Shown piece by piece: positions 41,040 to 54,479 of a stretch of DNA of 64,000 nt (position 1 is the stretch's first letter; each line of letters starts with the position of its first letter). The translations under genes and the position numbers were made by a program. Source of the DNA: Octopus sinensis (lineage: Eukaryota); contig NC_043013.1 of the NCBI RefSeq assembly GCF_006345805.1, positions 11,036,001 to 11,100,000 of the forward strand, in the 5' to 3' direction. The notes under the pieces were generated by a model that was given only the letters and a program-made list of their open reading frames with translations, was not told the origin of the DNA and made no database searches.

Positions 41040-42065
41040 TATTAGGGAGTATATATTGAGGTTTATATGTATGTATAGGTATGTGTGAGTGAGGTGGGTA
41101 TTTGTATATGTCGTGGGTGTGTGGTTTACGTGTGTATATTTGTGTGTGAATGTTTAGGTTAGGGGGATTGCTATATAGGTATGTTATAGAGTTTAGTAAA
41201 GGGAGATTTTATCATTATATGTTTTTATGAGTTTTGGTTTGTCATGGTAGTTTTGGTAAGGAATTCGTAGTAATTTGTGTCTATTTACGATGTCTGTTGT
41301 TTTGTTGCATTGTTTCATTCATAATTTTTAGGTAATGTTCGTTTTACCAAGTGAATATAATTTTTAATTCCATTTGTTCCATTTCTCCATTCATAATTTT
41401 AAATGATGTCCGTTTCCAGAGCGGGAATGTGGGTTGTATGTGTGTGTGAGGGAGTATGAATAAGTATTGTGTTGAAGTATTTGGCTATTTTATTTATTTA
41501 TCGTTGCCTAGACGTTTTTATGTGTATGTATAGGGATATATATATAGGTGTGTGATTTAGTGTATGTATTTAGATATGGTTATATATAATTAGTTATATG
41601 TGTATGGGTGTATATATAGTTTATTTTTTGTTTTGTTTTATATTTTATATTTTATATTTTATATTTTATATTTAATTGTTGATAGGTTTATTTTAGTTTA
41701 TATATTGTTTATATATTGATTATATATGTATTATATATAGGTTATATATAGATTATATATTTATATTTTTTCATTAATACTTTAATTATTTTAAAATTAT
41801 TATTTTTATATTTTAAAATATTGATATTTTAGATTGGAAGTCCACCTGAAGATTGTCGATCAGGACAAGAAACAATTGTAGTGGCGGTTTTTTTGACTTT
41901 TTATTAAAATTTTATGTATTGATTAAGTCTTTCCTTGTTTGTTTTGCAAAATAGTGGTTTTGTCTCTAATAATATTATATAATATTTTACTATAAAATTG
42001 GATTTAATCCTAAATCTGATTTTTTCCCTGTAAATTTGGATTTATTCCCTAATATTTATTATATA
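41040..42065. mobile_element. TA-flanked non-coding element carrying the 41842 hammerhead; probable non-autonomous PLE derivative
   Basis: Strand-asymmetric G/T-rich segment between TA runs; 41.9-42.06 kb is homologous (inverted) to 4.42-4.54 kb. Confidence 0.5.
41842..41884 (+). ncRNA. Minimal type-I hammerhead ribozyme motif
   Basis: CCAC-CTGAAGA-TTGTC-gatcag-GACAA-GAAA-CAATTG-TA-GTGG. All three stems and the core are present; GUA triplet ends at 41880. Confidence 0.8.
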
Positions 42066-42468
42066 TATATATATTATATATATAGCAAATGAAAGACAGA
42101 AGATGGAATATATGAGAATTTATTATTAATCACGACAATCGTTTCGAGACATCTAGAATCGATTCATCGATTCCACTTGGGTGAGACACACAACAACTGC
42201 TTCAGGAGCATCCAGTAGTGCAGATGTATCTCGTCGAGTGATAATAAATACAATCTGTTATTTTTCTAGAAGCTCCCTCACTAACTCAGAAATCATCTTG
42301 TTGGTTCAGAAGCTCACACAGCTGTGAAGTCCTATTTGTTATCCCAGAAAGTACCCTGGTGCTTCTTCTGCTCCCTCTTTAATGCAGAAATTCGCTTGTT
42401 AACCCAGAAACCCTATTGCTATTCACAACCTTCCTCATCGACATAGAAGCTCGATTATTAATTCAAGC

Positions 42469-42927
42469 GGAATCTTTTCGGTTTGAACGGCAGTTTTTTC
42501 TAGCGGTGTCATATGAAATTGTCACCCATAATTATGATCCTAGTATCGATCTATTGCATTTCGATCTGTTTTAGGGTTAGGATTAGTTAGGGTTAATTAG
42601 GGTTAGGGTTAGGGTTGGGGTTAGAGGTGGGAGGAAGGGTATCTTTTTTTCTTCAGAAATGTAAATAAACCCAATCTGTTTCTTAAACGAGGGACATATT
42701 CATACGGCACAGAATGTTTTCACCTTCAATAGATGTCAGTGATTGGTTGAAATTGTAGAAATTGAAGAAAACAAAACAACAAATATCGTACAAACTATAG
42801 AATTTTCTCAATAAAGCCAAGAGAAAAAGATGTTTTATAAACACATTCTATCAGTATACGAAGTTTAAAAGTGTTTAGTTACGTTTAAATTATTTCAAAA
42901 AACTGCCGTTCAAACCGAAGAGATCCT
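42469..42927. mobile_element. MITE (same family as 34524-34930) with internal TTAGGG-like array
   Basis: TIRs; (T)TCAAGC duplicated on both flanks; TTAGGG-like repeats at 42571-42625. Confidence 0.85.
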
Positions 42928-45585
42928 TCAAGCATTTCTTAGATAGTCATCTATTGAACTATATATACTTTTGCTTGTCTAGAAGCTCACTCGTTAGCGC
43001 AGAAATGTCTATTGTTGGCTTAGAAGCTCCCCCACTGACATAGTAGATCCTTTGTCGGGGTAGCAGGCTACCATTTGTGTTGTTTATACATGCAAAGGAT
43101 TAATCTAGATCTAGTCTCGTGAGAGTAAGCAGGAGGAGGAAAAAATTATATATCAGATGTTTTTTTTAAAATTCAGTTCACAAGTAAGTGATTCCAAGAA
43201 TGTAAGCATCATTCTTTCACAAAATACCAAAATATCTTACTCTAAAGAAGAATCTAGCATATTTGAAATTTTAGAGGTTAGATATCTATGATAAAAATTC
43301 CAAGGAGAGGAAAAATAAACTATAACAAACAAATGAATGAATGAATAAACAAACAAGCCCCTGCGTTGGGCTAAGACATTAACTTTGCAATTGGTTGGTT
43401 CCCGGTTCTATTCCATCGCCCGGCTTTTTGGATAAGTAATATATATTTGTGTTCTACAGTTCACTGAACTGTAGATATGAGTTTCGACATCACTGGTACC
43501 AAGCTGTATCAGCTTTTGCCTTTCCCTTGGTTAACATCGGTGGCGTGGAGAATGGAGGTTGGTATGCATGGGCGAAAGGCGGCGAGCTGGCAGAAACGTT
43601 AGCATGCTGGGCGAAATGCGTAGCGGTATTTCGTCTGCCGTTCCGTTGTGAGTTCAAATTCCGCCAAGGTCGACTTTGCCTTTCATCCTTTCGGGCTCGA
43701 TAAATTAAGTACCAGTTACGCACTGAGTCGATGTAATCGACTTAATACCTATGTCTGTCCTTGTTTGTCCCCTCTATGTTTAGCCCCTTGTGGGTAATAA
43801 AGAAATAGGTATTTCGTCTGTCGTTACGTTCTGAGTTCAAATTCCGCCGAGGTCGACTTTGCCTTTCATCCTTTCGGGGTCGATTAATAAGTACATTTAC
43901 GCACTGGGGTCGATATAATCGACTTAATCCGTTTGTCTGTCCTTGTTTGTCCTCTCTGTGTTTAGCCCCTCGTGGGCAGTAAAGAAATGGGTATGCATGG
44001 GCGAGTACTAGTCTTCCATAAAACAACCTTGCCCGGACTTGTGCCTCAGTGGAATCTCGTGGTCATTCAGGACCGAGGGGGGTTTTACCCTTACTACATT
44101 TTATATAGACAAGGCGTCGGCGACTAATCCGGTACGAGTACGACTTGGGTGACGAAGCTTGCCAGAAATGCAAATGGCCTATGCAAAACTCGTTAGAAGA
44201 ACGGATCAACCCAGCATAGACTTTCTAACGATTGTACTTGCCATTCAAATTGTTCCCTTAAAATTCAATATTCCTCTGTTGTGGAATCCGGCGGTTACTG
44301 GTGACCCCAACCTCTGTGTTGTAGGCAAGATGGATAAATGTCAATCGTTGCTTACCTTTTATCAAAGCCGGCAAGTCGGCAGAATCCTTAGCACGCAGAA
44401 CAAAATGCTTCCTTCTGACTTTATGCTTTAAGTTCAAATTATGCCGAAGTTGTCTTAGCTTTTCGTCCTTTTGAGTTCCTTTGAGACCGATAAAACAAGT
44501 AGCAATCAAGCACTGGGTTCGATGCAATCGGCAACAATACCCGCCCTCTGCGCAATTTCAGGCCGTGCACCTACAGCAGAAAAACTAAAAAATCATTAAT
44601 TTCGATAATGATTTCCTGGTATTAGAATATGAGGGCCTCTATTGTAAAGCCATACAAGAAAATACTTTCATAAAGGAGTTAGCTAAAGCTGCAAGCCGAA
44701 ATAATTACGCTTAATGGTGAAAGCTAAGTAAATATATGTTTGTTTGTTCCTACTCGAGCCATGCCTGGCTCATAAGGGCCGGTTTCTCGGTTTCCTTGGC
44801 GTATAGTTATCCTACCTGGACAGGACGCCGATCCGTCACAGGTGAGCTGCAAGATGCAGGAGGAAAGAGTGAGAGAAAAATTGTGGCGAAAGAGTCAGCA
44901 GAAGTTCGCATGGAGCTTAGATGTTTCGCTCATAAACACACACATCGCCCGATCTGAGATTCGAACCCGCGATCCTTCGACCGCGAGTCCGCTGCTCTAA
45001 CCAATAGGCCATGTGTCTCCACAAGCAAATATATATACACACACAATTTGAATAAGTCAGCAAGAAGTCTACATTTATTCCGCATTGTAATTCTAGGATC
45101 CGAGAAAACTATTCTTTCGGATTGTGTTCTTTTTTTTCTTCTTCTCCTTGTTCCTCTTAGTCTAAATATTTCCTTTTGAAGTCGCATGGCATTTTAGGCT
45201 TTGATGTTTGATTGTTTCGTTATCTGTTGCACAAATCTCAATGATCACATGTGGAATTAATAATTTTCAAACAGTGGAATAAATTTGGAATAGAGACAAA
45301 TATTTACACTACAAAATGAAACATTCTTCAACTAGGAGAAAAAATCATCTGTGCGCACTCGCGCATACATATATTTTGTGTGTGTGTGTGTGTAAAAAAA
45401 TAAATAATTTTCGTTTCTTTTTATGGAAACAAAAAAGATATATAGGACTACAAAAAAGAAGTGCATATGTGAAATTGAGACAGAGACAAAAGCCACTGAT
45501 TTGAGAACGAATATCAAATCCAGACCCAACGACTTGGTATAACCCCACGCTTCTATACATTTCATCATATACAAATAATACCAAT

Positions 45586-46358
45586 TATTTCTTTACTAGC
45601 CACAAGGGGCTAAACACAGAGAGGACAAACGGATTAAGTCAATTATATCGACTCCAGTGGGTAACTGGTACTTATTTAATCGACCCCGAAAGGATGAAAG
45701 GCAAAGTCGACCTCGGTGGAATTTGAACTCATAACGTAAAGACAGACGAAATACATATTTTTTTACTACCGACAAGGAGCTAAACACAGAGAGGACAAAC
45801 AAGGACAGATAAACGGATTAAGTCAATTATATCGACTCCAGTGGGTAACTGGTACTTATTTAATCGACCCCGAAAGGATGAAAGGCAAAGTCGACCTCGG
45901 TGGAATTTGAACTCAGAACGTAAAGACAGACGAAATACATATTTTTTTACTACCCACAAGGAGCTAAACACAGAGAGGACAAACAAGGACAGACAAACGG
46001 ATTAAGTCAATTATATCGACTCCAGTGGGTAACTGGTACTTATTTAATCGACCCCGAAAGGACGAAAGGCAAAGTCGACCTCGGCGGAATTTGAACTCAG
46101 AACGTAATGGCAGATGAAATACCTATTTCTTTACTACCCACAAGGGGCTAAACACAGAGAGGACAAACAAGGACAGACAAACGGATTAAGTCGATTATAT
46201 CGACCCCAGTGCGTAATATATATATATATTTAATCGACCCTGAAAGGATGAAAGGCAATGTCGACCTCGGCGGAATTTGAACTCAGAACGTAGCTATAGA
46301 CGAAATACGGCTACGCATTTTACCCGGCGTGCTAACGTTTCTGCCAGCTCGCCGCCTT
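45586..46358 (-). repeat. Tandem multimer of SINE family A (4 units, about 180-bp period)
   Basis: One full head followed by three head-truncated units. Confidence 0.9.
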
Positions 46359-46583
46359 AACAAATAATACTAGGTAACTTCCCGTATTCTCGCGCGTGAG
46401 CTCTTGATTTTACTAACCTCTTCGCGGCTACTATTTCGCCTCTAATATCTATTCCTAAAATCTCCACATACATATCTAACGGATGGCTTACATTGGTTGC
46501 AATCAATTAATGTATTGCACTTATCAAGACTTTCTGCGACATGGTCATGTGGTAGACCAGCCAGTTTGTTCTTAAGTCTAGTA

Positions 46584-46940
46584 TTATTTTATATACGAGA
46601 TTTTAGTTTTGAAGCCTCTTAAATTTAGAGCATTGTTATATAATGTTGCATATTGATCAAAAGACTTATCGTTCGAGGACAAATTAGAGAATCTGATCGA
46701 AATGGCAGTAATAATGCTATAAATAGTAGATTTCGGATGATTGGAGGAAACATTAATATATGAAATGGATTTATTTAGCTTACGAAATGGGCAGTATAAT
46801 CCCATAACCAAATTCAAGGTAATATCCAAGAAATTCACCACTCTAGAGTTAACATCAAAAATAATGGGAAGATTAAAGAAATTTTTAAAGAAACTTCTCA
46901 AAGAGTTCTTTCATCTATTCAGCACAGTTTTAGACTGGCT
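46584..46940 (-). mobile_element. Penelope-like element reverse transcriptase fragment
   Basis: ORF ...VNFLDITLNLVMGLYCPFRKLNKSISYINVSSNHPKSTIYSII..ISIRFSNLSSN...YNNALNLRGF; FLDITL, SNHP and ALxxxGF motifs are typical of the PLE RT thumb. Confidence 0.85.
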
Positions 46941-47235
46941 ATATGCAACTGGAAGTGCATCATCCCGAAGTTACGATGACGTTAACATCGATTGTCAAGC
47001 GATTTTAGGGGAATAAACACAGAGACAAAGACACACGCGCACAAACACACACACAGACACACTCACACACACACACACGACGGGCTTCTTTCTATTTCCG
47101 TCTACCAAATTCATTCACAAGGCTTTGGTCGGCCCGAGGCTATAGTGGAAGACGCAAGGTGCCAGGTAATGGGACTGAACCTAGAACCGTGTAGTTGAGA
47201 ACCAAGTTTCTTACCCCTCAATCAAGGTCTGCGCC

Positions 47236-47278
<43 letters not shown>

Positions 47279-48050
47279 CAGGGTGGCCCAAAATTCACTG
47301 AGGAGTTTTAATTTTTTATTTACTCCTTTATTTTTACAAATAGGTGTATGAAGTTTTAATTCAATATAGAGAGATAATGGAGATTAATTCGAATTAGTCC
47401 TTTTTCATCATACCTCTGCATTACGTATGAAAAATGTCATCTTTTAAATGGCATCCATTTTCAGCTTCCCATATCAGTGCGCTTTCCCAATGATGTTCCA
47501 TGATAGCTGTAACGGTTTCAGGGTCTAGTTCTCTGATTTCTCTAGTGATATTCTCCTTTAGTTGCTCCAGGGTTTCTGGTTTATTGACATAAATCTTCTC
47601 CTTGACGTACCCCAGCAAGTCAGAGCTAGTCAGGTTTGGAGAAGGAAATCGCCAAGTGACATCGCAGTAGCGAGAGATGATTCTTTCTCCAAAATATTGC
47701 CTCTGCAACTGCATTGTATCTCTTGCGGTATGAACAGTTGCCTCATCTTGCTGGAACCACATATCGGGCCCACGTTGAATGGCCGGCCACAAAATGTTCT
47801 CGATCGTAGACCTGTACCATTCAGCAGCCACAGTGACAGCATTCCCATTATCTTCCTCAAAGAAAGAAGACCCGATTATCTCATTCATCATAATTGCTCA
47901 TCACACTGGACACTTTATGGGGTGCAATTCTTTTTGGTGGTCTCTGGCTTTGAATAACTGATTTTGATAGAACAATTTCACTACTTGGGTGCGCTGTGGG
48001 CGACGTATTTTTCTATAATTAATTTCCAGGACCTAGTCCATAAAATCTCT
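47279..48050 (-). mobile_element. Tc1/mariner (maT/DD37D-like) element, 3' half with TIR
   Basis: ORF 47421-47891 contains WFQQDEATVHTA and KEKIYVNKPETLEQLKENI; terminal CAGGGTGGCCCAAAATTCACTG at 47279 next to a TA run. Confidence 0.9.
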
Positions 48051-48930
48051 GAAAAGAGAGGGAAAAAAAGGTAAAAGATACAAGAATTATCAAAGACTGC
48101 ATACCTCCCTCAGTGAGGTTTGAGCCACTACACACACACACACACACATTGTGTGCGTGCGTGCGTGCGGACACAATGCAGATTGATCGCTTATTTCTCT
48201 AGGATTGGTCAAGTGATGTTGACATTTCTGATGTGAACCTGATGAGGTTTGAAAATCAGTTTAAGTCTTTTCAACAGTTTCCCTTTATCTACGGAGAAAT
48301 AGTTAAATCTACCATGTTTGTAGATCTAACGTAGGTTTACCTTCTTACATATTTATCTATGCATATTTATGAGGATCTTTTTTGTTTTGCTGTATCTGAG
48401 GAAATTTTAAAACTTAATGAAAATTTTAAAATTTCGTGTAATGATGTAATTGTCTATGCTGAATCTCAGGAGAAAATTAACCGTTTGCAGAAAATTTTTT
48501 AAAAAAAGTTACAGAGGTTTGAACTCTGTTCATTTTGATCCTCTCAGGAAACAGGATTTGGAAGCTGTCATTTTGTGCGTGACTGTACGTGTTGTCAGCT
48601 GTAAAGAAATGGAATATTGACGAATTTTGTATTACGCACGACATAGAACCACTCATCATTTTTGGAAGTCTCTGAAAATTCTTGCAAATTTGTATTTTAC
48701 ACGCGGGAATTCATACGGTCATTTAAAAACCGGGAAAAAAAAAACAATTTGGGTACGTGATTTAAAGCTTATTTGGCTGTTATTTTTAGCACATCTCACG
48801 ACCACCTTATACTCATGTGTTCTAAGCATACGTCATGTGTACTAAGCATTTAACGAAGATAAACGAAAAATGACAAAAAAACAATGATTAAGCAACACAT
48901 ATTTTGTAGGTTTAAGCATTCTCTAAACAT

Positions 48931-49233
48931 TTAATGCGATAAACAGAACATTACAAATGAAGTATTATCAAAATAACAAACCTGAAGGGCGCAACCTTCA
49001 AACCACGTATCATTCATAACTGGCATAGACTCATTGCATCCTTTCCGAAAGCACCGCCGGTAGATGTTTCCACACCGAATTTTTTTTGTTAATATAATGT
49101 TTTTTTTATTGTTTTTATCGCATAATTTTCTTTTAGGGATAACACCCTTCTCTTGTAAGTAAGGAACCGCATCCGCCTCTGTTTTTAGCATCTCCATCTT
49201 ATACGGAACGTTACATGAGCTGGGTGCGGTCAT
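48931..49233 (-). mobile_element. Merlin/IS1016-like transposase N-terminal remnant
   Basis: TEADAVPYLQEKGVIPKRKLC...YRRCFRKGCNESMPVMNDTWFE resembles the N-terminal Zn-ribbon of Merlin/ISXO2-type transposases. Confidence 0.6.
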
Positions 49234-50605
49234 AATATTTATGATTATAAAAAAACAGTAGAAAAATAAGCGTACACAACGTAAAATATTTAAAAAAACA
49301 GCAACAGAGGGGTATAAAATTCCCCAAAAGCATAATAGATAGGCAAAAGCAACAGCACAATAAAAACAGCATGCGGTTTAGAAGAAAATATTTTTGTCAA
49401 CACATGTGCTTTCTCGCCAGAGAGAAGAGTTGTCATGCTGGGCTTGTTACAATGGAAACAGGCACCTATATGTCTGTGGCTTTCGATTGGCTAAAAATAC
49501 TGAAAACTTGCAAGCTTTAAAAGCTATTAACTCTTTATTGATTTGTGGCGAGGGTGAATTTCATGTCAATGGTAACCATATAAACCTACACCAATACACC
49601 AAATACGAAATTAGTTGGAATAAATATTGAAGAAATGGAAACGTAGCAGTCAAACAATAAAAAAATCCATTTATGTACAAATATAAACAATTAAATATTT
49701 GTATGTGTGTATGTGTATGTGTGCGTGTATACACACATATACACACATGACAAATATCTAAATATCTAGTTCCACTTGGGCAAGTGTCTTCTACTATAGC
49801 CTCGGGCCGACTTGTGAGTCGATTTCGTAGACAGAAACTGAAAGAAGCCCGTCGTACATACATGCATACACACATACGCACACACACACATAAGTACATA
49901 CATACATACATACATACATACATACATAATACATACACACACACACACACACACTCACAGGCACACACACACATTTATATATATATATATATAGTTCGTA
50001 TTTGTATTTGGTTTGCAAGATTCTTGATGTGAATTCGTGTGTTGAAAAAAATTCTATTGAAACTTGGGAGGGGCATTATGCCAGTAATAACAAACACACG
50101 CACTGGTTCTGTCCTTTATTGTTATTGTTAGTTAATGGGTTTGGTACTCCGTTAACCAATTTATCGATAAGATGTAATTTACTAGTTTTTGGTTAAACAG
50201 TCAAGCGAAACCAATTGATACAGGGATATCTACCCTCCTCTTTGTAGTTTTACAAATAAGGACGACTACTTTTTTTTTGGCGGGGCGGGGGTATATTAGC
50301 TATATTCTCCCTGTGTGTTTACATATAGTGAGGGATGCGTCGCTTTGGCGAATTCTCACGCCAATTTCTAGCAAATAGGTGCGTATACCCTGACGAGGGC
50401 AGTAAGTAGCACCAGCTTAGCTAAAAATAAGAGTCATAAACCAGCTTAGCTGGTGGTTCTAAGTGCCTCCATGTCATATATATATATATATTTATATATC
50501 TATTCATTTTGCTTATATGGTTTTAAGCTTGAGGTCACTATATTGTCACCTCTGATGAGTAATAATGTTCGTTATATATATATAGATTTATTATAAATAT
50601 ATATA

Positions 50606-50682
<77 letters not shown>

Positions 50683-50693
50683 ATATTATATAC

Positions 50694-50725
<32 letters not shown>

Positions 50726-51208
50726 AAAAAAAATACAAACTGGGATAAGAACGCAAAACATTTAGAAGACGATGCAAAAAACACGGACGGGACATTCGAA
50801 GCCTTCAATCTTCAGTCAAGAACCGGATCATCCTCGCAATTTCGGCTGATTAATCTTGAGATTGCTCCAATCTGGCCAGCCCCAATGAAAATCTAAGCTA
50901 AGCGCATTAGAGTCCTTGGAAGAAAGCTTCGAATGTATACAAAACAAAGACGGAAAAACGGACGATGTTACACGAATATGAATACAAAAATACGTGTGTG
51001 TGTGTGTATGTATGAATATATGTATATATATCTAGGTGCTGGCGTGGCCGTATGGTAAGAAGCCTGTTTTCCAGCCACATGATACCGGGTTCAGTCTTCT
51101 ACTATAGCTTCAGGCCGACCAAAGCCTTGTGAGTTGATATGGTAGATGGAAACTGAAAGAAGTTCGTTGTATATGAATGTATATATACATATACATACAT
51201 CACATCAC

Positions 51209-51243
<35 letters not shown>

Positions 51244-51338
51244 CACACATCACACAAAACACACAAAACACACACACACACACACACCACACAACACACA
51301 CACAAACACACACACCACACACACAACACACACCACAC

Positions 51339-51386
<48 letters not shown>

Positions 51387-52269
51387 GCACATATTTAGGC
51401 GGCGAGCTTGCAGAAACGTTAGCGGGCCGGGTGAAATGCTTAGCGGTATTTCGTCTGTCGTCACGTTCTGAGTTCAAATTCCGCTGAGGTCGACTTTGCC
51501 TTTCATCCTTTCGGAGTCAGTAAATTAAGTACCAGTTTCGCACTGGGTCGATGTAATCGACTCAATCCGTTTGTCTGTCCTTGTTTGTCCCCTCTATGTT
51601 TAGCCCCTTGTGGGTAGTAAAGAAATATATATATATATAACTGTGTGTTGAACAAATTCTCTGCATAAGAAATGTGTTATCTCTTTTATCAATGACATTT
51701 CAAATACTTGTCCAGAAAGGTTAGAAAATTTAGAGTGTTTCCACAACAGAATAAAGTTACCGAACCATTGTTCTATAAATGCATAAAATGGAATTATTCC
51801 CCATGAGTCTACTCTTCCAGGTTTCCTAATATGAGGGAGGTAACTACGTAGTACTACATTTTCTATTATCTCCCTTCGTTAAAAAAAAAACCCTTCATCG
51901 ACTTAACTTTATCTTTTATATTGCACCTATTTAAATCATGGACTGTGCCCATGCTGGAGCACAAGTTTTAAGGATTTAGGCGACCAAATCCAACGGATAC
52001 TTATTCTTAGTCTGTTATTTGTTCTATCGGCCTAGTTTGCCACTGGTTGTAAAGACTGAAAGCGTACATACATCCATACACGCACATGCGCGCACACACA
52101 CACATTCATACATACACACATTCATACATACATACATACATACATACATACATTCATACATACATACATACATTCATACATACATACATACATACATACA
52201 TACATACATACATACATACATACATACATACATACATTGTCCTCCAAACATATGTATACACACAGTAAG

Positions 52270-53085
52270 AAAAGAAAACGTATAGAAATATCTATAACCT
52301 CTACAATTACGAGATGTATTCAAGGCGGTGCCTGTTGGCTTCGAGACTCGAATTACTACGGCGTACTGCTGTCTGAGTGAAGGCGCATGGCTCAGTGGTT
52401 AGAGCTTACGATCGTGAGGTTGTGAGTTCGAATCCCAGACCGGGCTGCGTGTTGTGTTCTTGAGCAAGACACTTTATTTCACGTTGCTCCTGTTCACTCA
52501 GCTGTAGAAATGAGATGCAGCATCACTGGCACCAAGCTGTATCGGCCTTTGCCTTTCCCTTGGATAACATCGGTATGCGTAGGCGACTGCTAGTCTTCCA
52601 TAAACAAACTTGCCCGAACTTGTACCTGGGAGGATAACTTGCTAGGTGCAATCCCATGGTCAGTCATGACCGAAGGGGGTCTCAGCAACTGCTATTTGAG
52701 CAACATTGGCCAAAGTGTCCTGTATGATCGCTACGCAATTCTTTTCCATTTCTTCCCGAAGGACCGTCAGTGTAAACGGTTTTCTGCGATAGGTGACATC
52801 CTTTCCAGTGCTCCATAAGTAAAAGTCTTCAGGTGTTTTAAATAAGAAGAATGTGCGGGAAACTAACCTCCACCTCTTCGTCTTATCTAGTACTCTTGTA
52901 AATACTCATCCAGTTCAACTCGCACGACTCAGCTGTAGTGCGGTGATGCGCCGTCTTGTTGAAAGAAACAAAAATCATTATTTCCATAATGCGCACGTAT
53001 GGTAAGTAAAAAGGACGTGCCTAGCATGTCTAGGTACGTTCGACCTTCAAAGAAAATGGTCCTATTCAAATGTCGATGACATTCT
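52270..53085 (-). mobile_element. Tc1/mariner transposase remnant interrupted by a SINE (about 52375-52685)
   Basis: FFQQDGASPHY, TPEDFYLW..KDVTYRRKP and LEANRHRLEYI segments on both sides of the SINE. Confidence 0.75.
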
Positions 53086-54312
53086 ATACTAGACAAACAC
53101 CCCCACCCAACGCACAAATTCGACTTTAGCACGTGTATGTATGCATGTATGTATGTATGTATGTATGTATGTATGTATGTATGTATGTATGTATGTATGT
53201 ATGTATGTATGTATGTATGCATGTATGTATTGTGTGTGTGTGTGTGGTTGTATATATATATATACTCTTTTACTTGTTTCAGTCATTTGACTGTGGCCAT
53301 GCTGGAGCATCGCCTTTAGTCGAGCAAATCGACCCCAGGACCTATTCTTTGCAAGCCTAGTACTTATTCTATCGGTTCTGTTTTGCCGAACCGCTACTTT
53401 ACGGGGACAGAAACACACCAGCGTCGGTTGCCAAGCGATGTGGGGGGGGGGGCAAACACATACAAACAAACACACACACACACACACACACATATATGTA
53501 TACGACGGGCTTCTTTCAGTTTCCGTCAACCAAATCCACTCACAAGGCTTTGGTCGCCCGAGGCTCTAATAGAAGGCACTTGCCCAAGGTGCCACGCAGT
53601 GGGACTGAACCCTGAACCATGCGGTTCGTAAGCAAGCTACTTACCACATAGCCATGCAGTAAAGACCTGAAACACTTAACGAGCTCAGAAAAGATCTCTA
53701 CTGATGTATCCAGGTGTATCATAGGAAGATTTATAAAGAAACAACACTAAAAGAATAATGAATAAATTGATCATATGTATAACGAATAAAGCGAAGATTT
53801 AAATTAAGCGTGATGCAGAAAATACACCTTTTAGTTGCATTATGTACGTAATAACGATACCATTTGTAAGAGATGTTGAAATATTTATCCAAGAAAAGTA
53901 ACTCTTCATATACTTTTAACAGATAGCGTATTTCTTTGTTTTCATGAATTGTGTCCCATGCATCAACTTATGTGATCGAGAAGTGAATTTGATTTTCCAT
54001 TGAATCATCGATGCATTATGACAGGAAAAAGCGAGGGAAAGACAGATAGATAGCTAGCTAGCTAGCTAGATAGATACAGAAAGAGAGTAAGAAAGAGAGA
54101 GAGAGAGAGGAGAGAGAGAGAAGAAGAGAGAGAAAAAATATCAGTTTCAGTAAAGCATAAAGAAAAAAAACGTTTAATACTTAAAATTTTTTAAAAACTG
54201 TAAGTTAGAACATTAATTTGTAATTTTAAAACAATCTTAAAATTCGATTTTTTTTTAAATTGAGAAACGAGTTAAGATTTAGAAATTTCCAGACGCAGGA
54301 GTTATTTTAATG

Positions 54313-54388
<76 letters not shown>

Positions 54389-54479
54389 AATCTATCTATC
54401 TATCAATCTATCTATCTATCAATCTATCTATCTATCTGTCTATCTATCTACCTATCCATCTGTTTGTGAGTCATTATAT

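Noticed and set aside
42130-42170. Minus-strand GTCTC-GAAA-CGATTG-TC-GTGA with TCGATGA upstream
   Set aside because: Probably a decayed HHR, but the core and stem II are too degraded to call.
42571-42625. TTAGGG repeats as a true telomere or chromosome fusion site
   Set aside because: Short, degenerate and internal to a MITE.
45586-46358. Regularly spaced repeats superficially like a CRISPR array
   Set aside because: Units are ~180-bp SINE multimers with no unique spacers, in eukaryotic context with no cas genes.
48236-48262. CTGATGAGGTTTGAAAATC
   Set aside because: No stem II or III possible.
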